From positions 1 through 39,954 of the IMG/VR virus record IMGVR_UViG_3300032321_000245: 39,954 nucleotides of DNA, one strand, 5' to 3'. The DNA comes from a virus. Its lineage: Duplodnaviria > Caudoviricetes. The notes beneath the pieces were generated by a model. It saw only the letters and a program-made list of their open reading frames with translations. It searched no databases and was not told where the DNA came from. Each line of letters begins with the position of its first letter. The stretch's first letter is position 1. Positions 1-8,696 of this stretch are shown here, one piece after another. Position numbers and translations under genes: made by a program.

Positions 1-123
1 ATACCTACATAACCAAACTTGCCAGGATTTTCTCTTTGAAGTACGGTTTTGTATGTTGTTGTATTAGAATAGTTTTGAAATTGAAACACATCTAAATGCA
101 AAGCATTACTGTCTGTCATTGCA
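1..123. repeat. Terminal direct repeat, identical to 39832-39954 (circular assembly overlap)
   Basis: First 123 nt (ATACCTACAT...GTCATTGCA) match the last 123 nt; the overlap falls inside a CDS. Unit genome is 39,831 bp. Confidence 0.95.
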
Positions 124-398
124 GCGCCAGAAGTAATCCAATAAGCAGATGCTAAATTTGGGTCAAACCCTGATATAGCGGTTGAACTTGTTTCAAGTCC
201 TGCTAACAATGTATCACTGTATATGCTTGAAGTTCCGTTTACTGTCCAACTTCCACCACCTGATATTCCAGGTGGAACAGAATTTAGAATAAGAACTAAG
301 TCGGTATATGTTTGTGGAATACTTCCAAGAGTAACGCTACCTGTGCTGCTAGTAACGGTGTTACTCATAATTGGAGTGTATGTACTGCCTGCTGCCAT
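1..398 (-). CDS. 5' part of putative fibre-tip/receptor-binding paralog 2; continues across the junction to 39720 (169 aa total)
   Basis: ATG at 398 gives MAAGSTYTPIMSNTV...SIPQTYTDLVLIL..., open to position 1 and in frame with the 39720-39950 ORF (ends TLYGIKAA). Not in the ORF track. Confidence 0.85.
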   Translation of the reverse strand, partial: MAAGSTYTPIMSNTVTSSTGSVTLGSIPQTYTDLVLILNSVPPGISGGGSWTVNGTSSIYSDTLLAGLETSSTAISGFDPNLASAYWITSGAAMTDSNALHLDVFQFQNYSNTTTYKTVLQRENPGKFGYVG

Positions 399-404
399 AG
401 TTGA

Positions 405-995
405 TTACCCCTTAATTCCGTAGAGAGCAAATGATGAATACTGAGTAAATAAAGAACTATTAGCAGGAACAATTGAAATAGTACTAATGGCACTTGAACT
501 ATTCATCCAGACACCAGATGATTGTCCAACTCGCCCACCAAGAGTGCCATATTGCTGTCCATTGTGGTCAGTACCACCAAGAAGTCTTGTAGTTTTATTT
601 TTGTTTGCAGAAGAATAATCAAAAATATCTAAAATAATAACTCCAAAATTTCCACCACCTACGGTTGTTCCAAGATGTCCGCTACCCATAAGTATTTTAC
701 TTTCGTTGTTTCCTGCAGATGCGTTGGCAGTAGAGCCATCGCCCCAAGCACGGTGATTTGAATAATTGCCACTAGTAGTATCTGAATTAAATGTCATATA
801 GGCTTCGTCAATTCCGTAAGTTGTTCGATTTGTTTGTGCAAAAATACGAAGATGCAAATGTTTATATGTACCAGGAATTGAAGAAAATGTAATAGTTCCA
901 GTTCCACCAGAACCTACAGTTTGAGTAGCAATAGATTCAAATGTACCTGGAACGGCGGATAACTTAGATGAAGCAATTGTTCCAAGAATTGGCAT
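405..995 (-). CDS. Putative fibre-tip/receptor-binding paralog 1
   Basis: Likely start MPILGTIASS at 995 (TAATG overlap with upstream stop); FESIAT...ITFSSIPGTYKHL...FALYGIKG pattern shared with the two downstream genes. Confidence 0.75.
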   Translation of the reverse strand: MPILGTIASSKLSAVPGTFESIATQTVGSGGTGTITFSSIPGTYKHLHLRIFAQTNRTTYGIDEAYMTFNSDTTSGNYSNHRAWGDGSTANASAGNNESKILMGSGHLGTTVGGGNFGVIILDIFDYSSANKNKTTRLLGGTDHNGQQYGTLGGRVGQSSGVWMNSSSAISTISIVPANSSLFTQYSSFALYGIKG

Positions 996-1555
996 TAGGA
1001 AATATCTCCAATCACTGTAAATACATTTGATGCAGTACAAATAATTGTTGCTGCTGAGTATCTTGCTCGTAATATTGGTGCAACAGATGAAGCACCAGTT
1101 GATGTAATAGTTACACCAGAACCAGCAACAAAACTTGTAAGACCAACACCTATTGATTGAACATTTATTTGTTCGCCTGCTGCAAATACCGAAGGTGGAA
1201 TAGTTATTACTACTGCAGCAGCATTTGATGATGTTACTAATTTACCTGAGTCAGCAGCAACTAATGTATAAGTAGTACCAGTTTGCGCATTAAATGCTAG
1301 GTTAATAAGTGGAGCAGTTAATGTTTTATTAGTTAGTGTTTGAGTACCAGTTAATGTAACTGCTCCAGTAATTGTATTACTTGCAGTATCAATTGTTTTG
1401 TTAGTCAGCGTCTGTGTACCAGTAAGTGTCGCCACTGTTGAGTCAATACTCAATGTAGCAGTGCCACTTGTGGCTGTGCCAGACAGACCTGTGCTGGCTG
1501 TTACCCCAGTTATATCTGCTAAAGCGTTATCCGCATTGGTTCTAGAACGAGTCAT
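995..1555 (-). CDS. Short tail fibre / branch protein
   Basis: Thr/Gly-rich, TQTLTNKT repeats; the C-terminal ~100 aa is paralogous to the C-terminus of 1555-3951. Confidence 0.75.
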   Translation of the reverse strand: MTRSRTNADNALADITGVTASTGLSGTATSGTATLSIDSTVATLTGTQTLTNKTIDTASNTITGAVTLTGTQTLTNKTLTAPLINLAFNAQTGTTYTLVAADSGKLVTSSNAAAVVITIPPSVFAAGEQINVQSIGVGLTSFVAGSGVTITSTGASSVAPILRARYSAATIICTASNVFTVIGDIS

Positions 1556-3951
1556 TAGGCTATATCTCCAATTACTAGGAAGGTATTAGATGCGGTACAA
1601 ATAATTGTACCTGTTGAATATTGCGCCCTAAGTGTTGGGGCCGAAGATGTTGCACCAGTAGATACAATAGTTACTCCAGAACCTTGTGCTAGTGCTAATG
1701 CACCCGCGCCCATTCTAGCAATATGTATTTGCTGTCCCGCTGTAAAAACTGAAGGCGGTAAGGTAAGTGTTATTGCTCCAGCATTTGATAGAGTAACAAG
1801 TTTATTTGTATCTCCAGTTACTAATGTATAACTAGTTCCAGTCTGTGCATTAATAGTTAAATCAAGGGTAGATACTGCACTTAATGAAGCCCATTTAATC
1901 CCAGTAGTTTCAGTAGAGTCAGCAACTAAATACTGTCCATTAGTTCCTACCGCTAGTCTACCAACTGTGTCAGCGGCAGTACCTGCAAGTAAATCACCCT
2001 TAGCATCTATTGTGGTTACTGTTAAAGCATTTGCTATTGCAAGTGGGCTAAAGGCTAATACTTCTACTATATCACTTGCAGTCAAAGCAGTAAGACCAGT
2101 AATACTTGAACCAGTGGTGGCTGTGTAATCTCCACCTCTTGATAGCAATACACCGTTAAGATATACTTGCTCATAACCTACTGTGTAAGCAAGAGTTACT
2201 GAGTTATTATCTGCACCATTAAGTGTTGTCTCACCACCTGCTGCGGTTTTACTCCAACGAAGCACAGTAACACCTGAAGTAATATTACCCCAAGCAGTAC
2301 CTGACCATACTTGCATAACAGCGGTTGTACTATTCCAATAAAGAGCACCAGTAGCCAAAACATTTCCATCATTATCTACAGATGGAGCAGATGCTTTAGC
2401 ACCTAAGTATCTATCATCAAATGAATCATATGAGGCTGCAGCAGCAGTGGCAGCAGCAGAAGCAGTGGCAGCATCGGCTGCTACGGCAGAACTAATTGCA
2501 TCTGCATAAGTTTTAGTTACTGCGTGTAGTCCAATCGTAGGAGCACCTGAAAGTGTTAACGCTCCAGTCATAGTTCCACCTGCAAGTGGTAACTTGGCTG
2601 CTAGGCTGTTAGTAACAGTAGTAGCAAATGATGCATCATCACCAAGTGCTGCAGCCAACTCATCAAGAGTATCTAAAGCACCAGGTGCTGCTGCAATAAG
2701 GTTAGTTATCTGTAAGTCTGTATATGCCTTTGTAGCCGCATCCTGTGCTAGTGTAGGGTCAGCAAGTCCTGTAATCTTTTGAGCATTAAGAGCAACTGAT
2801 GCAGTAGGTGCAGCCATCTGGTCTAAACGAGATGTACGAACTTGTGTATCAAAGTTTGAAACTGTTGCAGCAAGTTGTGTACCAGTATGATTAGCGCGTG
2901 CAAATGGGTCAGCAGTTAACTTGGCTGCAGTAATAGTACCATCAGCAATATCTGCAGCGACAATAGTTCCATTTGCTATATCAGCAGATGTAATAGTTCC
3001 TGCAAGGTTTAACTTGCTATATGAAATAGCAGCAGAAGCATTAATATCTGCATTAAGAATAGTCCCGTCAAGTAACATTGTTGAAGTAACGGTTCCAGTA
3101 TCTCCAGCAGTAATAGCGGTTCCTGAAATTTTTGTTTTGTCAATGGCTGCTGCTGAATTAATATCAGCATTAAGAATTGTACCATCCAAAATCATTGTGC
3201 TAGTTACTGTGCCAGTATCGCTGGTTTTTACCAAAGTAGCACTTGATGGAATTGTTGTTCCGTTGATGCTAGTTGCTGTTGCTACACCAAGAACGGGTGT
3301 AACCAGAGTTGGGCTAGTAGCAAGTACCAAAGAACCAGTACCTGTTTCATCGGTTACGGCTGCTGCTAGGTTTGCACTAGATGGAGTTCCAAGGAATGTA
3401 GCAACTCCAGTACCAAGTGAAGTAATACCAGTACCACCATTGGCTACTGGAAGAGTTCCAGTTACACCTGTTGTTAGTGGTAATCCAGTTGCATTGGTTA
3501 AAACACCAGATGCAGGTGTTCCTAATGCTGGAGTAGTTAAAGTTGGTGCAGTTAAAGTCTTGTTAGTTAGAGTCTGTGTGTTAGTTGTACCAACTACTGC
3601 ACCTGTTGCACCGTGTCCAGTGGTTGCTTCAATATGAGTATTAGTCTCACTTAAGTCACGACCAATAACCATATGTCGGACAATTGCACCAGCAGAGTGG
3701 GCTACAGCAGTTGAGCCATCAATGGCTCTAGCAATAGTAAGCGTGTTACCAGATGCATAATTACTTACATCTACAATTTCTTCAAGAGCCGTATCAGGGT
3801 CAATGACAACGGTATAAGTTTCACCTACTGCGGGTGTCTTGCCACCCATGAGATTAGCACCAGAACCTACAGTCATAGTTGTATCACCAGAGGTAATACC
3901 ACTACTCAATGTTGTCTGTTGTGCTCTGGACGAGTATTTTCTAGTTGTCAT
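1555..3951 (-). CDS. Long tail fibre protein
   Basis: 798 aa Thr/Ala/Gly-rich; fibre motifs ([49 protein letters not shown]); duplicated [20 protein letters not shown] block; follows the tail adaptor. Confidence 0.85.
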   Translation of the reverse strand: MTTRKYSSRAQQTTLSSGITSGDTTMTVGSGANLMGGKTPAVGETYTVVIDPDTALEEIVDVSNYASGNTLTIARAIDGSTAVAHSAGAIVRHMVIGRDLSETNTHIEATTGHGATGAVVGTTNTQTLTNKTLTAPTLTTPALGTPASGVLTNATGLPLTTGVTGTLPVANGGTGITSLGTGVATFLGTPSSANLAAAVTDETGTGSLVLATSPTLVTPVLGVATATSINGTTIPSSATLVKTSDTGTVTSTMILDGTILNADINSAAAIDKTKISGTAITAGDTGTVTSTMLLDGTILNADINASAAISYSKLNLAGTITSADIANGTIVAADIADGTITAAKLTADPFARANHTGTQLAATVSNFDTQVRTSRLDQMAAPTASVALNAQKITGLADPTLAQDAATKAYTDLQITNLIAAAPGALDTLDELAAALGDDASFATTVTNSLAAKLPLAGGTMTGALTLSGAPTIGLHAVTKTYADAISSAVAADAATASAAATAAAASYDSFDDRYLGAKASAPSVDNDGNVLATGALYWNSTTAVMQVWSGTAWGNITSGVTVLRWSKTAAGGETTLNGADNNSVTLAYTVGYEQVYLNGVLLSRGGDYTATTGSSITGLTALTASDIVEVLAFSPLAIANALTVTTIDAKGDLLAGTAADTVGRLAVGTNGQYLVADSTETTGIKWASLSAVSTLDLTINAQTGTSYTLVTGDTNKLVTLSNAGAITLTLPPSVFTAGQQIHIARMGAGALALAQGSGVTIVSTGATSSAPTLRAQYSTGTIICTASNTFLVIGDIA

Positions 3952-3962
3952 TTATCTGCCTA

Positions 3963-4889
3963 TCAAAGGGAATAGTGGACGCGGATAGGATATTTGTCTT
4001 GCTGTTTCTTTATTTCTTCGTTTAGTCTTTGAGTAAACAAAGTATAAACTTGTCTAGTAAGTGATTGAGATGAACCATATGGACGCTTGGAGTCTGTCTC
4101 ATCTGCTTGCGGACTAACCATTGACGCACGTGCTGGGTCAAGGTTAGACAGCAAACGATAGGTAGCACCAAGAATAACTAAGTCTTTGCAAGACTCAGGC
4201 AGACCAGTAGTGTCTGTGAATATATCTGCATTAGTAGAAAAAGAAGTTGGATTAGTAGAGTATACAATTTGAACAGTACGTCCTGAAGGGATGTAGTCAT
4301 AGATAGATAAAGTCTGACCGCTGGTAAATGCGGTTGAGTTAGCATTACCATCAAAGCGGTAAGTACGAATAGGAATCCATTCTTTGCTTGAGCCTAAGGC
4401 TTGATATGCAACAGCAAGGATAGAGCGAATATCTAAAGTAGTACCAGTAGTGGGTAGTCTAAATGCTGAAACTGCAGAGTTAGATGTAATAGTAGTTGTC
4501 TTGGCTGCAAAGATAGATGAACCAATTGCACTAATAGTATCGTTAATTGCTCGTTTAATTACAAACCTAGGGAATGTAGGAGCAATAGTAACTTTAGTAC
4601 CTGCTGTATGTGCAGCAAGAGTAGTGCCTAGATATGCTCTACCATAGGGAGCAATAGTTGCTGTGTTACCAACTCGGTCATAGTTATCTACCCAGAATAG
4701 TTCTTCATCAATCTCAACAATACCCTTGCCTACGCTATCGGTAGATGCAAGAGATAGAGTGATGGGTGCAGCAATAGTAGATGCAGTTGCTGTTACGTCT
4801 GCTGTAATATGAGTAGCACGGTCTTGCTGAAGTGTATAACCTGAAAGGTTAATAGAGACTTCATTAATCATATCCGTTAAAGTAGTCAT
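3963..4889 (-). CDS. Putative podovirus tail adaptor / tail tubular protein A-like
   Basis: 308 aa; N-terminal MTTLTDMINEV helix, RAINDTI segment and C-terminal LPESCKDLVILGA helix typical of adaptor proteins; lies just before the fibre genes. Confidence 0.6.
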   Translation of the reverse strand: MTTLTDMINEVSINLSGYTLQQDRATHITADVTATASTIAAPITLSLASTDSVGKGIVEIDEELFWVDNYDRVGNTATIAPYGRAYLGTTLAAHTAGTKVTIAPTFPRFVIKRAINDTISAIGSSIFAAKTTTITSNSAVSAFRLPTTGTTLDIRSILAVAYQALGSSKEWIPIRTYRFDGNANSTAFTSGQTLSIYDYIPSGRTVQIVYSTNPTSFSTNADIFTDTTGLPESCKDLVILGATYRLLSNLDPARASMVSPQADETDSKRPYGSSQSLTRQVYTLFTQRLNEEIKKQQDKYPIRVHYSL

Positions 4890-5143
4890 TATACGTTTAT
4901 GCTCCTTAGTGCTGCAACTGCAGATTTACCAGTAGTAGATGCAAGTTCATTGCAGATAGCATTAAGACCTTTGTATGCAGAAGGTTGACGAACAGCGCTG
5001 GCTTTATAGTTAAGGGCTGCAACTAAACCTAAACCAGTTGTGCCAGCATAACTATTTGCTGCACCCTGTTGTGCTTTGCCAGTTGTACCAGCAAGGCGAT
5101 TGAGTTCTGCAGTAAGAGTGCTACCTTCTTTGCCTAATGCCAT
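4889..5143 (-). CDS. Small virion-associated hypothetical protein
   Basis: 84 aa with internal repeat ELNRLAGTTGK / CNELASTTGK; coupled to the adaptor gene. Confidence 0.7.
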   Translation of the reverse strand: MALGKEGSTLTAELNRLAGTTGKAQQGAANSYAGTTGLGLVAALNYKASAVRQPSAYKGLNAICNELASTTGKSAVAALRSINV

Positions 5144-5146
5144 TAG

Positions 5147-5332
5147 TTATCCTTTTTTAGTAATGATTTTTTTACGTAAGGTTGCGCCTATTTTTATTTC
5201 TTTTTTATTAGGCAATCCTTTAGCATGCATTTTTCTATCGGCTTTCATATAAACAGATTTTTGAGCAGGAGTCATACCTTTAGTCATTTTTATATCTTGT
5301 TTTAATTCTGTTTTTGATGAACCATTTTTCAT
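5147..5332 (-). CDS. Small Lys-rich hypothetical protein
   Basis: 61 aa, TAATG-coupled to the upstream gene. Confidence 0.65.
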   Translation of the reverse strand: MKNGSSKTELKQDIKMTKGMTPAQKSVYMKADRKMHAKGLPNKKEIKIGATLRKKIITKKG

Positions 5333-5568
5333 TATCTATACCCTGCCGTTTTCTTTGCAATTGATTTAGGTTGCTTTACAAATTGTTTACCTTTAGCATT
5401 GCCTACAGCCTTGGCTTTATTAGTTGCTGCTTTTTCTGCAGGACTTAAAGAAGACCAAGCAGCAGCAGGCAAATATCTTTTCTTACCTTTTGATGGTGTG
5501 CCGTCAGAGGTCTTCCACTTCTGTGCAGTCCAGTCTTTTAAAGACTTCTGAGATTTAGCCAATGCCAT
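5332..5568 (-). CDS. Basic protein resembling the C-terminal half of DUF5872 proteins
   Basis: SQKSLKDWTAQKW...RYLPAAAW...GKQFVKQP motif; family recalled from memory. Confidence 0.7.
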   Translation of the reverse strand: MALAKSQKSLKDWTAQKWKTSDGTPSKGKKRYLPAAAWSSLSPAEKAATNKAKAVGNAKGKQFVKQPKSIAKKTAGYR

Positions 5569-5744
5569 TACTTGTAACCTCCGCCTGCCTTCTTGTATTG
5601 AACAGCAAGCAATTGAGCCTTACGAGCAGACCATTCACCAGGGTCTCCACCCTTGGAACCAGCCTTAATTTTCTTAAACAAAGAAGCACGCATTCCTGGC
5701 TTGGTATAATTACCAGCAGCATTGACTGTAGATTTCTTCTTCAT
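5568..5744 (-). CDS. Basic protein resembling the N-terminal half of DUF5872 proteins (58 aa)
   Basis: Hand-translated MKKKSTVNAAGNYTKPGMRASLFKKIKAGSKGGDPGEWSARKAQLLAVQYKKAGGGYK; ATGA and TAATG overlaps with its neighbours. Confidence 0.8.
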   Translation of the reverse strand: MKKKSTVNAAGNYTKPGMRASLFKKIKAGSKGGDPGEWSARKAQLLAVQYKKAGGGYK

Positions 5745-6034
5745 TTCTTTTTAGCCTTGTTTCTCTTAGAGATAGCAGCAGCCTTAGCCTTGGCATCAGC
5801 CTTAGAACTTGCTCCCCACGCATTAAGCGATAGAAGTAGTCTTGTTGGCGAGCCATCAGGCTTGCGCTCTGGTCCTGGCATTCCACCCATACGGGCTAGG
5901 AAAGATGCCCTACGTGGGTTGTCTCCAGCCTTTACAGGGGCTTTCAGAGTACCACCCTTATAAGATGCTCTGCCTTTGGCATTAAGCCCACCAGCAGGGT
6001 TTTTGCCTTCTTTACGTGTCCAGGCTGCTGTCAT
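5741..6034 (-). CDS. Basic phage protein (DUF6321-like)
   Basis: AWTRKEGKNPAGGLNAKGRASY...RRASFLARMGGM motif; family recalled from memory. Confidence 0.7.
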   Translation of the reverse strand: MTAAWTRKEGKNPAGGLNAKGRASYKGGTLKAPVKAGDNPRRASFLARMGGMPGPERKPDGSPTRLLLSLNAWGASSKADAKAKAAAISKRNKAKKK

Positions 6035-6605
6035 TATTTTTCCTTAGCCATACTTGTGAGTTTGATAATAAAACTTCTGATTCATCTTTGACTGCTCCTA
6101 CAAAGGTATCTATTGACCAGCCTGGCTGGAACTCAATACCTCTAGGGTCTTCCCATAGGTAGTCATCAAATGCCATAATCCCGCCTGGCTTAAGTAATCT
6201 CCAAGCAAGCACGGCATCTTGTAGCACACCTTCTGCGGTGTGGTCTCCATCTATGTAGATAAAATCAAAAGTTGGTTCTTCAATAGAACGAAGAAACTCT
6301 TTGCTGTCCATCTTATATTTAATTACATTAGGTCGAAAGGCAATACGTGAATCGTATACACGCTCAACGTCTAACCAATCCATTTCTTTATGCTCTTCTT
6401 CATCTGAGCCAGTCCAAATATCTACATCTTCTAAGATTGAGTTTTTCTGGGTTAGTACGTTATCTACTAGCCATGCAGTTGCATCACCTGTAAAGGCACC
6501 AATCTGTAGAAACCTTAGACCCAACTTACCAGCAAGTGGTAGCAGTTGTGACTCAAAGTTTTGTTTTGCTGTCATCTCAAACCAGTTAGGATATTTAGTT
6601 TGCAT
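6012..6605 (-). CDS. Class I SAM-dependent methyltransferase (Methyltransf_24-like)
   Basis: LQIGAFTG motif I, FDFIYIDGDH, LKPGGIMAFDDY; likely start MQTKYPNWF at 6605. Confidence 0.85.
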   Translation of the reverse strand: MQTKYPNWFEMTAKQNFESQLLPLAGKLGLRFLQIGAFTGDATAWLVDNVLTQKNSILEDVDIWTGSDEEEHKEMDWLDVERVYDSRIAFRPNVIKYKMDSKEFLRSIEEPTFDFIYIDGDHTAEGVLQDAVLAWRLLKPGGIMAFDDYLWEDPRGIEFQPGWSIDTFVGAVKDESEVLLSNSQVWLRKNNDSSLDT

Positions 6606-7293
6606 AACCCTTACCTCTACTAAAAGCATCATAGTAGTTTTCATCCATATTAAATCGCTTCATATGTCCTACCGTTGCAGCGGTGTCACACCACAGAGGA
6701 ATCTCTGCCTTGTTGACTACTGCAAAGAAGTAGATGTCTTCACCAGTGAACTGCTTGTTAGCACCCACTTCTGTAAAGAATGGAACTCCTGGCAATGCTT
6801 CTTTGATTCTTGTTATCACACTGCGGTGCATAAGGCAAAAGCCCATACCTGCAGCACTTACTTTAATAAAGGCATTTTTAGGTAGTGGGTCTAACCTTCT
6901 AATCCCAATACCAAACTCTGCTTCAGCAAACTCATAGACAGTTGCTAGTGGCTTCATCAATGGTTGCTCTGGTTCATTACTTGTAAAGTAAACACCAGTA
7001 AGCAATGGAATATCTACGGCATCTCTACGATTCCAAAGTTTAAGAAACTTTTCTGGAGTAATCATTATGTCCGAGTCAAGCCAGAGTAACCAATCAGATT
7101 TGTTATTGTCATACCAACGATTGACTAACATTTCTCGCTGTTGTGCTATCTGATTACCGTGGGCACGAAGTGAACCACAAAACTCTACGCCTGAGTTTAT
7201 AATGGTGTCAACAACACCTTCCATAAACTTGCCATCTACCATACCATTGTCACACCAAGCGACTGCTAAGGTTTCTTTTTTTTGTTTAACCAT
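6595..7293 (-). CDS. GT-A fold glycosyltransferase (GT2-like)
   Basis: WLLWLDSDI (DxD motif), AAGMGFCLMHR, GEDIYF, VGH motifs. Confidence 0.8.
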   Translation of the reverse strand: MVKQKKETLAVAWCDNGMVDGKFMEGVVDTIINSGVEFCGSLRAHGNQIAQQREMLVNRWYDNNKSDWLLWLDSDIMITPEKFLKLWNRRDAVDIPLLTGVYFTSNEPEQPLMKPLATVYEFAEAEFGIGIRRLDPLPKNAFIKVSAAGMGFCLMHRSVITRIKEALPGVPFFTEVGANKQFTGEDIYFFAVVNKAEIPLWCDTAATVGHMKRFNMDENYYDAFSRGKGYAN

Positions 7294-7308
7294 TGTCCCC
7301 TGCTTTAA

Positions 7309-7584
7309 CTATTTCTTGATTTGTTTATTAGTCTTATTGTCGTACTTACGACCTTGTAGGACTGCTCCTAGAAATTGACCTTGCTCTGCAGTCTGACGCT
7401 TATTTGCAGCACGAGCACGAGCATTTGCTCCTGGACGTACATCTGCACCCTTATTAAAAGCATCTTTGTATGCTCTGCCAAAATCAACAGCAGCACCAGC
7501 AACAGTTTTAGCGTAACTTACAATTGGCTTATAGACTGAAGACATATTTGAATGGTCTCCTGCAGAGTTACGTGTTTTAGCCAT
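7309..7584 (-). CDS. Basic hypothetical protein
   Basis: 91 aa, TAATG-coupled; GQFLGAVLQGRKY motif. Confidence 0.7.
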   Translation of the reverse strand: MAKTRNSAGDHSNMSSVYKPIVSYAKTVAGAAVDFGRAYKDAFNKGADVRPGANARARAANKRQTAEQGQFLGAVLQGRKYDNKTNKQIKK

Positions 7585-7718
7585 TACTTCTTCTTGCCCA
7601 TCTTCTTCATTGTTGATTTACCCATAATCATTTTCTTACCAGTTTTCTTGGCTGCTTTTTTAGCCATAGCCTCACCTGCTGGTGTGTATGGAAACTTCAT
7701 CTTTCCTACCATTGGCAT
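7584..7718 (-). CDS. Lys/Met-rich micro-protein (44 aa)
   Basis: Hand-translated MPMVGKMKFPYTPAGEAMAKKAAKKTGKKMIMGKSTMKKMGKKK; TAATG overlaps at both ends. Confidence 0.75.
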   Translation of the reverse strand: MPMVGKMKFPYTPAGEAMAKKAAKKTGKKMIMGKSTMKKMGKKK

Positions 7719-7888
7719 TATTTCTTACCCTTCTTAGCAGTAGACTTCTTCATCATTTTCATACCAACTTTAGTTTCTCTTGCTTTTTCTTTCTTACCTT
7801 CTGGCTTTTTTAATTCTTTTTTCTTCATCAATACATTTTCAGTCTTCTCGTACATTGCGTATCCTGATTTTTCATTCTTTGTTGCCAT
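7718..7888 (-). CDS. Lys-rich micro-protein (56 aa)
   Basis: Hand-translated MATKNEKSGYAMYEKTE...MKKSTAKKGKK; TAATG overlaps at both ends. Confidence 0.75.
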   Translation of the reverse strand: MATKNEKSGYAMYEKTENVLMKKKELKKPEGKKEKARETKVGMKMMKKSTAKKGKK

Positions 7889-8358
7889 TATTGTATTCCT
7901 GCTTCCTTGAGTTCCCGCATTACTGTGGCTGTTGGTTTATCTATCTTCTTTGCTTGTACCATTGTTCCGCCGTCATACGCTGTACCGAGTTTTTCAGATG
8001 CATCGTGTGCTGCTTCTATCTGTTTTCTTTTTGTACCATTAGGTTGAATACCCTGTGCTCTAGCACTACGATATGCTTCAAGTTCAGAGTTCCATTTCTT
8101 TTGAGTAGTGCCACTTGCATTGACATCGCCTCTAGCATCCCCTGCATTTAACTGCAAACCTTTAGCCTTACAGCCAAAACATTCACAATTCTTCTGACAA
8201 GGTTCTTTAGGTATAGGTAATGCAGTTATATCATATAGTGGTTCAGGTGATGTAGCATCACACTTAGTGCAACCCCATAACAAAACTATAGAATGCATTT
8301 GTCCATCTATTAAATTATATCCATCTTTAACAACTTTGCCTATATGGTCGCAATCCAT
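7888..8358 (-). CDS. Cys-rich hypothetical protein
   Basis: 156 aa, CDH, CTKC and CxxxCxCFGCK motifs; GGGA RBS upstream. Confidence 0.75.
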   Translation of the reverse strand: MDCDHIGKVVKDGYNLIDGQMHSIVLLWGCTKCDATSPEPLYDITALPIPKEPCQKNCECFGCKAKGLQLNAGDARGDVNASGTTQKKWNSELEAYRSARAQGIQPNGTKRKQIEAAHDASEKLGTAYDGGTMVQAKKIDKPTATVMRELKEAGIQ

Positions 8359-8365
8359 TTTGTCC

Positions 8366-8638
8366 CTACTCTGTTGTGAAGTTAGCCGAAGTTACAATAC
8401 CGTCAGCAATCATTGCCGTTCTAATAGCATCAGTAATTCCAGTATGTTGACATCCACCCATATAGTAAGCAGTATAAGTTGCTAACTCATCTTCGGTTGG
8501 ATATTGCGTAAGTGAGTAGACACCACTGCTAAGTATAATGGTGTAACTCTTTGTGCGTTGCTTGAAGTGTGTGAACAAACGGTGACCACCAATGTGTCCT
8601 TGTTCCAAGGTTGGTGTTACGAGTGTGTACGTTGCCAT
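8366..8638 (-). CDS. Hypothetical protein downstream of capsid gene
   Basis: AAGGAG RBS before the ATG at 8638 (MATYTLVTPT). Confidence 0.75.
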   Translation of the reverse strand: MATYTLVTPTLEQGHIGGHRLFTHFKQRTKSYTIILSSGVYSLTQYPTEDELATYTAYYMGGCQHTGITDAIRTAMIADGIVTSANFTTE

Positions 8639-8658
8639 TGTTCTCCTTAATGAACTTA

Positions 8659-8688
8659 CCAAGAGGCAGGGTTTCCCCTGCCCCTCAG
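8659..8688 (-). terminator. GAAA-capped hairpin after capsid gene (partial terminator or mRNA stabiliser)
   Basis: Minus strand CTGAGGGGCAGGG-GAAA-CCCTGCCTCTTGG; no U-tail. Confidence 0.6.
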
Positions 8689-8696
8689 TCAATCAA

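Noticed and set aside
1-123. Terminal repeat as a biological direct terminal repeat
   Set aside because: It falls inside a CDS and has the size of an assembler overlap; real ends are more plausibly near 23100-23500.
405-995. Diversity-generating retroelement acting on the paralogous tip genes
   Set aside because: No reverse transcriptase and no near-identical template/variable repeat pair differing at adenines was seen.
2594-3637. Plus-strand ORFs (62 and 238 aa) and similar antisense ORFs across the window
   Set aside because: Shadow frames opposite well-supported genes; no RBS or recognisable motifs.
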